In this document: in pieces, positions 14,637 to 29,470 of the stretch
Layout of the letters: every line of letters begins with the position of its first letter
How positions within the stretch are numbered: the stretch's first letter is position 1
Assembly: GCA_951406725.2 (NCBI GenBank)
Contig: OX597832.1
Span: forward strand, 17,422,001 to 17,486,000
DNA: 64,000 bases
Direction: 5' to 3'
Origin: Octopus vulgaris
Lineage: Eukaryota
Notes under the pieces: model-generated
Seen by the model: only the letters and a program-made list of their open reading frames with translations
Database searches by the model: none
Told to the model about the DNA's origin: nothing
Translations under genes and position numbers: made by a program

Positions 14637-16026
14637 TGAATAAAAAAATCCAGCTTGGCAGTCAAGAACTACATACGCACACACACACACTTAAACACAT
14701 ACACGCATACGAATTCATACATTCACGCATGCCGAAACGTACTCGTAATGGCATTCACCTTCTCTCACCTTCACACATATTCACAAACATATTTTGAAAA
14801 ATGACAACGACGACGACGGCCACCACCACCACCACTACCACGGCGATGATCACGATCATGATGATAGTGATGATGACAATGGTGATGATGACGGCAAATA
14901 TACGTGGTGCAGAACCTGAATGCCATCTTATCCGTTCGAGTACTGTCCAAGCTCTTGCAGATTATATTGTTTTCCATTGAAGGATTAACACCCTCCCAAC
15001 ATGGCCGTCTCAGACACTTGAAGGGAAGATAAAAAAAAACATTTGAAAACAATTTATATATGTAAATAAATATAAAACACGCTGAAAATCACAATAAGAA
15101 CAAGGCAGTCTCGAGCAGTTGGCCGTTGGATTGGACATCGAAAAAATTGGTGTGGAATTCTTTATTTTTGCCAGTAATCGGTGGAGGGATTTGCGTCCTT
15201 TAAAACTTGCCAACGGTAATCTCACCAGATAAGACTAGCACTAATAGTATGGGTGTTAGGTATGTGTGTGTATGTGTGTGCTTGTGTGTGCATGTGTGTA
15301 TGCGCGCGTGTATATGTATATGTGTGCATGAGTCTGCATGTGCGTATGTGTAGGTATATGTGAGCTTGTGTGCGTGTGTGCGTGTGTGTGATTATTTGTA
15401 TGTATGTGTTCTTATGTGTATGTGTGTATGTGCGCGTGTTTATGTGTATGCATATATGTTGCAGTGTATGTGCATGTGCGCGTGTGTATGTGTATGTATA
15501 TGTGTGCCTGTGTGTGTGCATGTGCGCGTGTGTATGTGTATGTGTGCCTGTGTGTGTGCATGTGCGTGTGTGTGTGTGTATGTGTGTGTGTGTGTGCATG
15601 TGCAGGTGTGTATCTGTATGTATATGTGTGCGTCTGTTTGTATGTGTGTATTGTGTATGAGCGCGTGTGTATATATATGTGTGCCTCTGTGTGAATGTGC
15701 GCGTGTGTGTTGTGTATGAACGCGTGTGTATGTGTATGTGTGCCTGTGTGTGTATACGGATGCATGTGCGCGTATGTATGTGTATGCATATATGCACTTG
15801 TGTGTGTGTATGTATGTATGTGCATGTACGTATTTGTATATGTGTGTTTGCGTGCGTGTGTGTGTGCATGTGTTTGCATGTGTGTGTGTTTGTGTGAGTG
15901 TATGGGTTTGTGCAATGGAGGTTATCGTAGACTTTAATTAACTTCACAATCACCAACAACAACATAATCATCGACACGACCATGTTCATCATTGTCATCA
16001 TTGCCATTTTATTCGTTCCTACTCTA

Positions 16027-16610
16027 GGCATAAGGCCCCAAATTTTGGGGGAGGGGATTATGTTGATTAGATCAACTCAGTACGCCACTGGTACTTAATC
16101 TATCGATCCCGAAAGGATGAAATGCAATATCGACCTCGGCGGAATTTGAACTCAGAACCTAAAGACAGACGAAATACCGCTAAGCACTTCGTCCGTTATT
16201 TTTTTATTGCTCACAAGGGGCTAAACATAGAGGGGACAAACAAGGTCAGACAGACGGATTAAGTCAATTACATCGCCTCCAGTGCGTAACTAGTACTTAC
16301 TTTATCGATCCCGAAAGAATGAAAGGCAAAGTCGACCTCAGCAGAATTTGAACTCAGAATGTAACGACAGACGAAATACCTATTTCTTTATTACCCACAG
16401 GGGGTTAAACGCAGAGGGGACAAACAAGGACAGACAAACGGATTAAGTCGATTATATCGACCACAGTGCGCAACTGGTTTTTATTCAATCGACCCCGAAA
16501 GGATGAAAGGCAAAGTCGACCTAGACGGATTTTGAACTCAGAACGTAGCAGCTCACAAGATACTGCTAAGCATTTTGCCGGCGTGCTAACGATTCTGCCA
16601 GCTCGCCGCC
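16027..16610 (-). mobile_element. Three stacked SINE family A copies
   Basis: Core atcgaycccgaaaggatgaaa.gcaa.gtcgacct...tttgaactcagaa appears three times (~16101, ~16303, ~16488); head ctgccagctcgccgcc at ~16595-16610. Confidence 0.88.
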
Positions 16611-17045
16611 TTATCATGTGCTTTTTATTGGCGCCATGGATAGATATCTTTCTATTTCTCTACAACTTTTTCTATGAGTGGACAAGAAGGTCACAAACGG
16701 TTTGTATGATCCTGCTTGAAATAATAGCCAAAATTTTTCCAAATCAAGGACACATATTAAATCGGGTATTATTTGTTGTTTTAAAAGAAGTGATAATCAC
16801 ATCCAGATTGGCATGAATTTGAACATAGGTCGATAACATATTTTCAATATTTATTCGCTCATTCTCTTCTCTCATCATTATTTTGTCCTTCTTGTGCCTT
16901 TAAATAATTCCTCCTCCTCCTCCTCCTCCTCCTCCTCCTCCTCCTCTCTCTTCTTCTTCTACTGCTGCTGCTTCTTCTTCGTCTTCTTCTTCTTCTTCTG
17001 ATTCTTCTTCTTCTTCTTCTTCTTCTTTGTCTTCTTCTTCTTCTT

Positions 17046-17122
<77 letters not shown>

Positions 17123-17125
17123 GAT

Positions 17126-17246
17126 TCCAGGTTCAGTCCCACTGCGTGGCACCTTGGACATATGTCTTCTACTATAGCCTCGGGCCGACCAAGCCCTGTG
17201 AGTGAATTTGGTAGTCGGAAACTAAAAGAAGCCCGTCGTCTATATG

Positions 17247-17285
<39 letters not shown>

Positions 17286-17500
17286 ATGTTTTTGTGTCTG
17301 TGTTTGTCTCCCCAAAATTGCTTGACAACCGATGCTGGTGTGTTTACGTCCCCGTAACTTAGCGGTTCGGCAAAAGAGACCCATAGAATAAATACTAGGC
17401 TTACAAAGAGTAAGTCCTGGGGTCGATTTGCTCGACTAAAGGCGGTGCTCCAGTATGGCCACAGTCAAATGACTAAAACAAGTAAAAGAGTATAAAGAAT
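17126..17500 (+). mobile_element. SINE family B (tRNA head, CORE-like ggcaccttgggcaagtgtctt, internal microsatellite), 5'-truncated
   Basis: Colinear with 28027-28450 and 35076-35475; tail ggcggtgctccag.atggcc.cagtcaaatgact.aaacaagtaaaaga. Confidence 0.9.
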
Positions 17501-18650
17501 AACGATTATCTTTATGAATATCATTACCATTGTCGCAATTTGAGGTGACGACATTTGCAATGTTGAAAATGTAATACTGTTTGTCTATCTTCAGACTAGG
17601 TATCAACATTATTCTTCTAGCATTTTTTTTATCGGTGCCCAGTGAGGGAGATTTGCGGCCGATAAACAATTTGTTACTTATGAATGAGTTATGGACTTGA
17701 ATAAAGCTGGTGGTGTGTCTTTAATCAGAAAACACAAAATTTAAGGTTTTACTTGTTTTTACCTGTTTTCGCAAAATGAAACAATCGAGGTAAATGGGAA
17801 TATGTTGCGTTCTCAATGCTTGTCCTTGCTGCTGTTTCAATTTATTCAGAGAGTATAGTGGTTGTTGTTTCACAAGGGATAAATCCTCAAGATGTCGACT
17901 CTAAACACAAAAATACTACATCGGTATGAGAGAAGATAGTTTTAAAAATAGTTACCTGAATCGGAATTTTCCCTTGAGGAACAGAGACCAAACTACACAC
18001 CATTTGAGAAAACTATGTTTCGACAATTTAGATACCAGCTCTTAAATAAATGCACATAGCATGCTATAAATTACCTACAAGTACAATGTAGCAAATTTGT
18101 ACGTGTTAGAAATTACAAATACTATAAGTATAAAACTGAGAAAATTTATATAAGCTGTCATAAAAAATAGGTGCTATCTAAAAAACTAGGAAAATGCAAC
18201 TGACATGGATTAATGCCCCGGATGTGGACAGTAGAAACGGCTTGAGAATTGGAAAACACTTGACTATAACATTGGTGCTGACAAAGAGCCTTTATTATTT
18301 CCATCATGATGTAGCGTCAAACCGGAAATTAGAAGGTTACCATCCTTTGCAGCGTTTCCACAGAAGAAAGTCATGTTTCCGTTTTCTTTAGTTTCTTTTT
18401 TTTTTTTTTTATTTCTCTAATTTAGATTGCTATGACCGTCCGATTAATTGAATATTGATGAAAAGTAAACTAATGAAATAATTCAGCCACCTAATAAACA
18501 TAATTAGACTCTATATCATATATTGAGTACGCTTTCATTTCTTTGTTATGAACAACCCTGCTTGTGTGTGTGTGTGTACGTGTGTGTGCAGGTCCATATG
18601 TGTGTTTTCGTCTGTGTGCACACGCACACACGCACACACGCACACACACA

Positions 18651-18756
<106 letters not shown>

Positions 18757-18897
18757 CGTCCAACATGTATATATGCATGTACGCCATTTTTAGGTTGCGG
18801 CAAATCCATGCTATGTGCTCTGCACACTCGTGTAGTTTATTTTAATTCTTTCTCACAACCGTTTAATTGCATTTTGAATACTGACCAAACAAAAAAT

Positions 18898-19260
<363 letters not shown>

Positions 19261-19968
19261 CAAGGATAATGATGATAAAAACAATAAAAATATCAACATT
19301 AAACAAAACAAAATCATGTAAATATTGTAACAGCATGAATCTTAAAATTAATACAAAAAACAAGAAATAAATAATGCAAACAGATCAAACACCAACAGAC
19401 AACAAGAGCAACAACAAGTACCGCCACAACAGCAATCGCATGAAGAGCAACAATAACGAGAAAAACAGCAAGTGCAACCACGGCGAAAAATGTACACACG
19501 CCAAGAGCGACCAGCGTCAAAATGAAGAAGAAATGGGAAACAAAATGAACAAGAACATCACAAACAAGAACATAAAACAAAAACAAAAAAACAAATAAAA
19601 GCAACACAATCACCAAAAAACAACAACAACAACAACAATAATAATAATAATAATAACAACAACAACAACAGCAATCGTAACAATACAAATACTAAAGAAA
19701 TAAATGTAAACAAGATAAATAAATCGAAAAAGACAAGGAAATGCCGCTACCATTGTTAGAAAGAAATGGGATTCTTTTATATATCCAGTTTTGCGAATAC
19801 AACCAACAAACATTGCTCTTCTATGGAAAGTGTGCGTCGAAATAACTTGACGAGATCAACAATGAATTTGAGTTTGCTTATTATTTCCTCGCTAGCGTAT
19901 GTGAATGTGTTTGTGTGTATGTGTGTATCTGTGTCTATAAGCATGTATGTTGTATGCTTGTATATATG

Positions 19969-20030
<62 letters not shown>

Positions 20031-20338
20031 TAGGTGTGCATGTGTTAAAATGAAAAGAAGTATGTGTTATGTGTGAAAGTGAATATACGTACGTGTGTGT
20101 ATTTGTGTGTGTGATTGTGCGTGCGAGTGATTCTTAGTGTGTTTGTCTTTACGTGCGTTTGGGTCTCCGTGTGTGTGTGTGTGTTTGAATGCAACTGAGG
20201 GGTGCAGATCTCCTCTACCCATGCCGTTTCTAGTTAGGGGGAGAGTTTATTGTGCAGAAGTAGGTGGATAGGTAGGTACGTTTGTTGCATGTGTTGTTTA
20301 CAACACAGTTACACATATACTATTCGTTGATCAGAATT

Positions 20339-20414
<76 letters not shown>

Positions 20415-20463
20415 ATATACACACATACATATGCATACATATATATATATACATACATATATA

Positions 20464-20520
<57 letters not shown>

Positions 20521-21187
20521 TCATATATGCATTTAAGTACATATGTATATCTGTTTGTGTATGCATGTAATATGCATATATACATATATACATATATATA
20601 TATATGTGTGTACGCGCCCGCGTGTACTCAGAGGCATATAATGAGTTCACCCATTTTCACTTTCTTTTTCATTCCTCGATTTTTTTTCCTTTCGTTTTCA
20701 TGGGGTGTTCGTGTTGGTATAGACTGGGAACTGGAAACTGTAAAAGATGAGATAAGCTGAAGAGAATGAATGGGACAGGGGGAGTCTCAAAAAAAAAAAT
20801 AAACAAATATTGAAAGAAAAAAAAACCCCAATAAACAACGAACAATAATTTTCTCTTTGTTGCTATTTTTCTTTTTTTTAATTAAGTTTTGAACAAATTC
20901 TTTCATTATTCCTATTGCCCTGTTCTACACTGACTATCCCACCATATTCTTTTTCTTCTCCATAATATTTCGTCTGCGTTCGTCTGCTTTCGCCTTCGTT
21001 CGTCGTCTTTCGCCTGCGTTCGTCGTCTAACCCTTTTGTGTTCATCTTTAAACAGGATATTTGCATTAATATTATATAAATGACAATGATATTTGTTTGA
21101 GCGTGTACGTTCGGCGGATTTTAAGTTGCGTGCATGTATGTATCATGTACGGTACATACACGTTACCATACACGCACAAATCTCGCC

Positions 21188-21246
<59 letters not shown>

Positions 21247-21265
21247 TGTATATCTATAGGTGTGC

Positions 21266-21313
<48 letters not shown>

Positions 21314-21464
21314 CATTATATTATATATATATATATATATATATGAAATATATGCATGAATGGCTATATACACACATACATGTACGTGCCTGTGTGTGTA
21401 TTAGTCAAAGAAATCCTCATTTTGTTGTTGTTATTGTTGTTGTTGTTGTTGTTGTTGTTGTTCT

Positions 21465-21499
<35 letters not shown>

Positions 21500-21650
21500 T
21501 TCTTCTTTTTCTTCTTCTTCTCCCTAGTCTTCGTCATCGTCGTCGTCGTCGTCTTCATCATTATCATCATCATCACCATCATCGTTTTATTCTGCTACTA
21601 GTACCTCACCATGAACATCTACTACTACTACTACTACCACCACCACCACC

Positions 21651-21690
<40 letters not shown>

Positions 21691-21733
21691 ACTAATACCA
21701 CCACTACTACCACTAATATTACTACTATACTAC

Positions 21734-21791
<58 letters not shown>

Positions 21792-22081
21792 GTAATAATA
21801 ATAATCGCAGTGGTAGCAATATTAGTAGATGTAGTATCGGTTGTAGCGTTAGTAGTTAGTTTCATAAGAAGTAGTCTCCTTATGCTTTGGTGGAGGCTTT
21901 ATGACAAAATCTATGATGTACGATTTCTGCTTGATTATCAATTAAAATATTGGCTATCATCAATATTATTAACTTCTGTTTTCACAACAACAACGAGAAC
22001 AAGAACAACAAGAACGACAGCGATAAACGACAATAATGGTGATGATGAAAATAATTCTAATTCTTATTAATCTTAGTAGTT

Positions 22082-22133
<52 letters not shown>

Positions 22134-22219
22134 GTGGTGGTGGTGGTGGTGGTGGTGGTATTAGTATATATAGTAGGAATAACCATAGTAGTTGTATTAG
22201 TTGTAGCAGCAGTAGCAGT

Positions 22220-22297
<78 letters not shown>

Positions 22298-22373
22298 GGT
22301 GGTGGTAGTGGTGGTAGTGGTGGTGGAGGTGGTGGTAGTATTTGTTTTAATAGCAGGAATAGTAGTTGTAGTG

Positions 22374-22425
<52 letters not shown>

Positions 22426-22780
22426 CAGCGTAACAAAGCGTTTAACAATAGTACATGTTGTTATGAGATTCAGAGCACGTCCGTGTGCTGCAAATTGGTT
22501 AGACAGGATTTAAAAATCTTCGAGATTTTGGTACATATTTTGCTAGGAGATTGAATAACAAAAGAGTCAGAAATGAGAGAAGGAGAGAGTGGAGAGAAGG
22601 AGAGTTGGAAAGAAAGGGTCGGCTAGAACGGGATGATGGTTTAAGGAGAAACAAATTGGATGCTGGGAAGTGGGGGGGGCTGTGATGAGATGCTGACAAA
22701 TTCGGTGAAGGAATTATTAACGATGAATGATTATGATCGACTAATTATCGCCTAGGTTGTATAATAGCATAATATAAATC

Positions 22781-22911
<131 letters not shown>

Positions 22912-23078
22912 GTATATATACGAGTGTTTGTGTGAGTATATATATAAACATATATATATATATATATATATATGCACCCATATATATACATGTATGCATG
23001 TACGTGTACATATATGCCTATATATATGTATATATATGCACATATATATGTGTATCCATATACATAAATATATGTGCA

Positions 23079-23110
<32 letters not shown>

Positions 23111-23582
23111 CATAGATGCATAGACACACATACATATACATATACACACATATATATATGGGTGTGTCGGTGCGTATGAATGCTTGTGCTTCTGAGTGTG
23201 TGTGTGTGTGTGTCTGTCTGTCCGTTTGTGTGTGTGTGTGTGTGTGTCTGTGCAAGCGATTATAATTGACTAATTATCCCTTAAGTTGTATAACAAATGC
23301 ATGAGTGCATACGTAGGTGTATGCGTATGCATATGTCTGTGTGAGTTTATATGTTCATGTGCAGGTTGTTTTCTAAAGGGATGTCGGTAAACAAAAGGCT
23401 CAATAGAAGACTTTATAAATGAACACCGCATAAATAAATATATAATAGAATAAAAAAAGGAGCTGGAAGGTGAAATGCGAAAGGTGAAAGTTCAATAGGT
23501 GACTGTTATATAGCTGGGTGAGCACTGTAAATATCTCTGCAATATTTCTGAAAAGTAAACACAAATAATAATAACATTAATA

Positions 23583-24040
<458 letters not shown>

Positions 24041-24638
24041 ATGAGAAATTTCTAGCTGATATCAGTAGTTTTTGCATTGTTTTTCATCATGTGTACGATT
24101 TCGGTCTATGGGTGTATATATGTGTTTGTGAATGTGTTTATCTGTTCTCGTGTGTTAAGCGTGTATATAAAATGCATGCGGTTGACTGTATGTGATGTTA
24201 CAATGTGGTGATGGTTTTTGTGGTGTTGCTGTCGTAGTTAAATATATATGTGCGTATGTGGTGTGTGAGTGTGTGTTGGTGTGTGTGTAAGTGTGCGTCT
24301 GTGCATGCGTGTATGTAATCATACAAACACGCATACACGCACGTATATATTTTTGTATACGCACACACTTACCTACGTGCTTCAGTGAATATGTGTTGAT
24401 GGGTGAGTGTGCAACATGGGAGAAGAACCTACAGAATTCGATATATGTGTAAGTATATACTTTTTTTAAAATTCGATTATGAAGTTACATAAGTGATTGA
24501 TACAATGGCAAGAATTCCGACCAATACTCGTATTGATACACGAAAGACACGGATCTCGACGCATGTTAAAACTTTACTATGGAAGTATGTATATATGTAT
24601 GTATGTGTATACATATATATTTTCATATACATATAATA

Positions 24639-24687
<49 letters not shown>

Positions 24688-24726
24688 CATATATACATAC
24701 ATATATGTAAATACCTACATATATAA

Positions 24727-25089
24727 GTATATATACATGCATATATGGGTACAGGACGTGAAAAAAACCTTTGTTTTTACTGTTTTGTTCTTACTGTCCG
24801 TTTTTTTGTTAGCATTTTAACTCTCCGCAAAAATCTCAAATTTTATTTAATTTGCTTTGCGGGAAGGACGCTTCGTCCCAACCTTCGAGACACCGAGTAC
24901 ATACAACGGGGACAACTGATGAAGGGATTGTTCTTTATGTTGCCTGTCTCGTTTCTCTATTTGTTTTTTATGTTGTCCGAAAAAAAGTTCGTTTTCCATT
25001 TATATATGTTTTTTGTGTTCTCGATTTTCATCTTGTTCTGTCCTGTTCTTTTTTTGACGTCTTGTACCCATGTATGCATGTATATATAC
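24727..25089. mobile_element. Inverted-repeat cassette with 41-bp arms inserted in TA-rich microsatellite
   Basis: 24727-24767 (gtatatatacatgcatatatgggtacaggacgtgaaaaaaa) is the reverse complement of 25049-25089 with 3 mismatches. Confidence 0.7.
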
Positions 25090-25146
25090 ATATATATGTA
25101 GATGTGTACATATATATATATATATATATATGTGTATATATGCATG

Positions 25147-25295
25147 CCTGCGTGGTAATAAGTTTTCTTCCCACGCACATGGTTCCGGGTTTAGTCCTAC
25201 TGCGAGGCACCTTGGGCAAGTGTCTTCTACCATGACCTCGGGCCGACCAAAGCATTGTGAGTGGATTTTGTAGACGGAAACTGAAAGAAGTCCGT
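25147..25295 (+). mobile_element. SINE family B, 5' half
   Basis: catggttccgggtttagtcctactgcgaggcaccttgggcaagtgtcttc...gacggaaactgaaagaag. Confidence 0.85.
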
Positions 25296-25363
25296 GTGTT
25301 TTTGAACGTCTGTGTTATTATTTTCCGTGTATCTATACACTTTGATATCCACTTTGCCCTATA

Positions 25364-26250
25364 CAGGGTCTTACTGATAAACTGAGACCGTTTTTACGCA
25401 ATTGACTTAGTGCGTTTAACATTTATTTTCTTGACAAACCTTGCTTGCTTGAAAAAAATCTACTCCGCCTCTTTATTTTTCAGGTAAACAGCGAACTGAT
25501 TCGATAACAGGAAATGATGGAACAACAGAATCTTTCCGACATTGTTGTTTTGGCGCGCGCCGGGCACACTGTCAACAAAATTATTAAGTTGACGAAACTT
25601 TCAAAGACAACAGTTTATCGCCTGTATAAACATTTTCAAGAACAAGGGATGATTGATAGAAGAGAACACAAGAGACGAAGTGATTCCAAGCACAATCCAA
25701 AGGTTTTTTGCTGGCCTCAAGTGTTCGATTGAAGCCAGTCCATCCACAACCATGACAACTCTTGCACGTGTCCCTTTCCACGGCATCCAGAGCTGTGAAC
25801 ATGAATCTTGGAATCACTAGCTATGTTCGACAACGCTTTCAGCTCCTAACAGCCATGGTCAAATTAATTAGAACCGAGAAATTCCCAAAGCTTCTGTCAT
25901 TCATCAAGCATCAAAGTGCAGGAAAAACACTCGTGTTTATGGACGAGAAGTGCAATGTGGACGCTGAAGTAATCGCAGAAATTCTCGAATGATTGAATAC
26001 GACCCTTCTGATGTCGCTCCTGTGTTTGAGATTATGGATCCTACCTCTGTGATGGTATTTGGAGCCGTGGAAAGTGATAGAAGTGTCATGTAGCCACACT
26101 TCATTCAGTATGACATGAAAATCGGCACAAAGAAGTATCCGTACATCTTGAAGAACTCTCTGTTACCTTGGATGGAGCAGAAATAGGATTCTGCACCATG
26201 CAATGGGTCAAAAGCAACGCAGGCCTTCCTTGGTCAGAAGGTGCCATTTC
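25364..26250 (+). pseudogene. Decayed Tc1/mariner-superfamily transposon, maT (DD37D)-like transposase pseudogene
   Basis: TA|CAGGGT...aaactgagacc left-TIR-like end. HTH-like N-terminus at 25514 (IIKLTKLSKTTVYR), then VFMDEK (first catalytic D), PTSVMVFGAV, ILKNSLLPW and DSAPCNGSKATQAFL (second D), broken by frameshifts and stops. Third catalytic residue and right TIR not seen. Confidence 0.82.
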
Positions 26251-27042
26251 AAGTCATTTAGAATATTTAGAGTAAAGTGAATTTGAAGTAATTAATTAAA
26301 TTATAATTTTATTAATTAATTACTTAAGTTTAAGACGTCTTACGTCCGTTTCTGGGATATCCTAAATGATAAGTTAACATCTCTATACACTGAGTTGTCT
26401 ATCATCGGGTCAAGATGGGTATGTATGAAACTTCTAGACAGGGAGTCACAGTTTATAAATGAATAAAATAGAAGAATAAAGAATAAAACAGTAGATACAA
26501 GAAAAGAGAGTAAAACAGTAGACAGAGAATAAAGACTATAAATGTCTATGTATATAAATGCTGCGATTTACTTTCGCTTTCCACTATTATGGAAGCAGTA
26601 AAATAATTGCCAATGAGACACTAGTGACAGTTTAATCGGCTAAAAGCTTATTACCAAAGTTTATTGCTTTCTGCCACAATTGGATGCAGGCATCATTATA
26701 GTCTTTTTTTATACAGTAATTTGTTCACCTCAGTAAATAACTGAAGATTTTAATGAGTTTCAGTGATCTGGGTAAAAGAAGACATTTTCTAGACTTGGAA
26801 ATATATTGTATTCTGTTAATTCAGTTCTGAGTTTTTCAGCTCGAAATATTAAAGGGAGATAGATTATATTTCTTTGTCTTTCAATTTCAAATAATGATAC
26901 ATAAGGTGGTGCTCCAATATGGCCGCAGTCAAATGACTGAAACAAGTAAAAGAAAAAGAATAAAAGAATATAGGTGAGCGGGGTGTGAGTGTGTGTACTT
27001 ATATATATATAAATATCCACACAGATATACTTGTATATATAC

Positions 27043-27091
<49 letters not shown>

Positions 27092-28026
27092 AGAACTAAC
27101 AGGCATGTATGCAGACGATATCATAGCTCATCTTCATCAAAGTCTAACAAACGAAACTGCTTAAAAGAATATGCGAAACAACAGCAATTTATTCCAACTG
27201 CTAAACTATTCTTCCATTGAGTTATAACAGCGAGAGAATAAGACGGTTGATATAGTGCAATCATTAATACATGACTGCACATTTACCTAGATTTAGGAAC
27301 TTGTGAAGGGATAATGTCCATATAGCTGTTTAGATCAGTCTTCTGTTGATTATGTGAACGAATTCCACTTTTTGCCGATGAATTTCCCAATCGGTCGCAT
27401 AATATTTTATTCAAAATCAACCAAGAGAACAAAGAAACCGAAGCAAACGATTAGATTGAAACAAGCGACAATGAAGATATGGAAGCTATAAATAATGTAG
27501 AAAATAACTTAGCCTTTGAAACAAATATACAATTTATCTAGAGGCAGTAAACACATGGAATCAAAAGACTAGATCAGATATGTTGCATATCTTATGTATA
27601 TGCGGGAGACTTGGTTTCTTAGACTGAAGCATTCAATCCAATATCCCAACATTGCTACTGTCCTATGAAGGGAAATTATAAAAGAAATAAAGATAACGAA
27701 ACTATGTGTTGAAAATATTTTTCATGAAATTTTCATTTTCACTTGATCTAATAAGATGACTTTCATCATCAAAAGTCCCTATTTATGAAGGTTCATCAAT
27801 TCTCGTGAGAGCAAATTACTACTGGTCTTCTTTAAACAGTGTATTTAAGGGATGATAATGCCTTGAGTATACGTATAAAATGATGCGAATATCAAGGGTA
27901 AAATGTCTTAGAGAATACGTTTGTTCTGTGATAGACGACCTGCGTAAACAACTGCAGCAATAACAACTGCAACAGCATAAAAATCAGTACCATTAAGTAA
28001 GCAAAACAACAACGGCAATTTGAAGA

Positions 28027-28215
28027 GCGCATGAGTGGCTGTGTGGTAAGTAGCTTTCTTACCAACGCCATGGTTCCGGGTTCAGTGCTACTGCGTGGCA
28101 CCTTGGGCAAGTGTCTTCTACTATAGCTTCAGGCCGACCAAAGTCTTGTGAGTGGATTTGGTAGACGGAAACTGAAAGAAGCCCTTCGTGTATATATATA
28201 TACATATATATATAT

Positions 28216-28250
<35 letters not shown>

Positions 28251-28450
28251 ATGTTTGTGTGTCTGTTTTTGTCCCCCCAACATCACTTGGCAAACGATGC
28301 TGGTGTGTTTACGTCCCCGTAACATAGCGGTTCGGCAAGAGAGACTAATAGGCTTACAAAGAATAAGTCCTGTGATCGATTTGCTCGACTAAGGGCGGTG
28401 CCCCAGCATAGACACAGTCAAATGACTGAAACAAATTAAATAATTAAGAA
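28027..28450 (+). mobile_element. SINE family B, full length
   Basis: A box tggctgtgtgg, B box ggttcagtgc, CORE-like block, internal (TA)n(TG)n, LINE-like tail. Confidence 0.9.
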
Positions 28451-28523
28451 TTAAAGGTACGTAACCAGTAAGAAACTTTATAACAGCGTTATTATGGCTT
28501 TTTAATTTTGGTACAACATTGCT

Positions 28524-29470
28524 CAACTGGTAGTTATTTTGTCGGCCCTGAAAGGATGAAAAGCAAAATCGATCTCGGCGGAATTTGAACCCTGAATAAA
28601 GACGGACGAAATGATGCTAAATATTTTATCCGGCGCGCTAAAAATGCTACCAGCTCGCCGCCATAACAATGTCGTTAATATCAGAAACAACTCAGCCGGC
28701 GAAAATGGCAGAAACGTTATGATGCCGGGCAAATTGCTTCACAGTATTTCGTGCGTCTTTAAGATCTCAGTTCAAATTCCGTCGAGGTAGACTTTGCCTT
28801 TCATCCTTTCAGGGTTGCAAAATAAGTGGTGATTGAAGACTGGGGTCAATATAATTGACCTACCCACTCGCCCCAAAACACCTGGCCTTGTGTTAAAATT
28901 TGACAGCAATATTAGAAAGAACAACACGGTGGCGAGCTGGAAGAATCACTGGCACGGCGTAGGAAATGCTCAGTATCATTCAATCCGACTTTATTTTCTG
29001 AGTTCGAATTTCGCCGAGGCCGACTTTGCCTTTCATCTATTCGGAGTTGCGGAAATAAGTACACTTGCCGCATTTCATCCGTCCGTATGTTCAGAGTTCA
29101 AATTCCACCGAGGTCGACTTTCCTTTTCATCTTTTCGGAATCAATTATATATGTACCAGTTGAACACTGGAGTCGATCTAATCGACTCACAGCCCATCTC
29201 TGAAACTGCTGGTCTTGCGCCAAAACGTGAAATCAATATTAGAAACGACAAAGGCGGTGAACCAGTAGAATCTTTAGCACGCCGGGAAAAAGTGCCTTGT
29301 CGCATTTCGTCCGTCTGTCTATACGTTCAGAGTTCAAATTCCAGCGAGGTCGACTTTGCCTTTCATCCTTTCAGGGTTGATAAGATAAGTGCCAGTTAAG
29401 CACTGGGTGGTCGGTGTAATAGACTTACCCACTTCCCAAAAATTACTGTCCATGTGCCAAACTTTGAAAA
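28524..29470. mobile_element. Cluster of five SINE family A copies (one minus, four plus)
   Basis: Core ttcaaattcc..cgaggtcgactttgcctttcatcc repeated near 28770, 29000, 29095 and 29332, with an inverted copy at 28524-28662. Confidence 0.85.

Noticed and set aside
14749-14765. ggtgaatgcca on the minus strand resembling the miR-124 3' end
   Set aside because: Seed half absent.
14771-15225. Minus-strand ORFs with His/Gly/Arg runs
   Set aside because: No recognisable domain; the runs are trinucleotide repeats. The unique island could be UTR but this is unsupported.
17860-17895. UUGAGGA...GAAAC on the minus strand; similar partial cores at 10068, 18455, 27760-27810, 44751 and 48128
   Set aside because: Each lacks stem II, stem III/UH or GAAA.
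28833-29399. 188-aa ORF with repeated DFAFHPF peptide
   Set aside because: Read-through of tandem SINE A copies.
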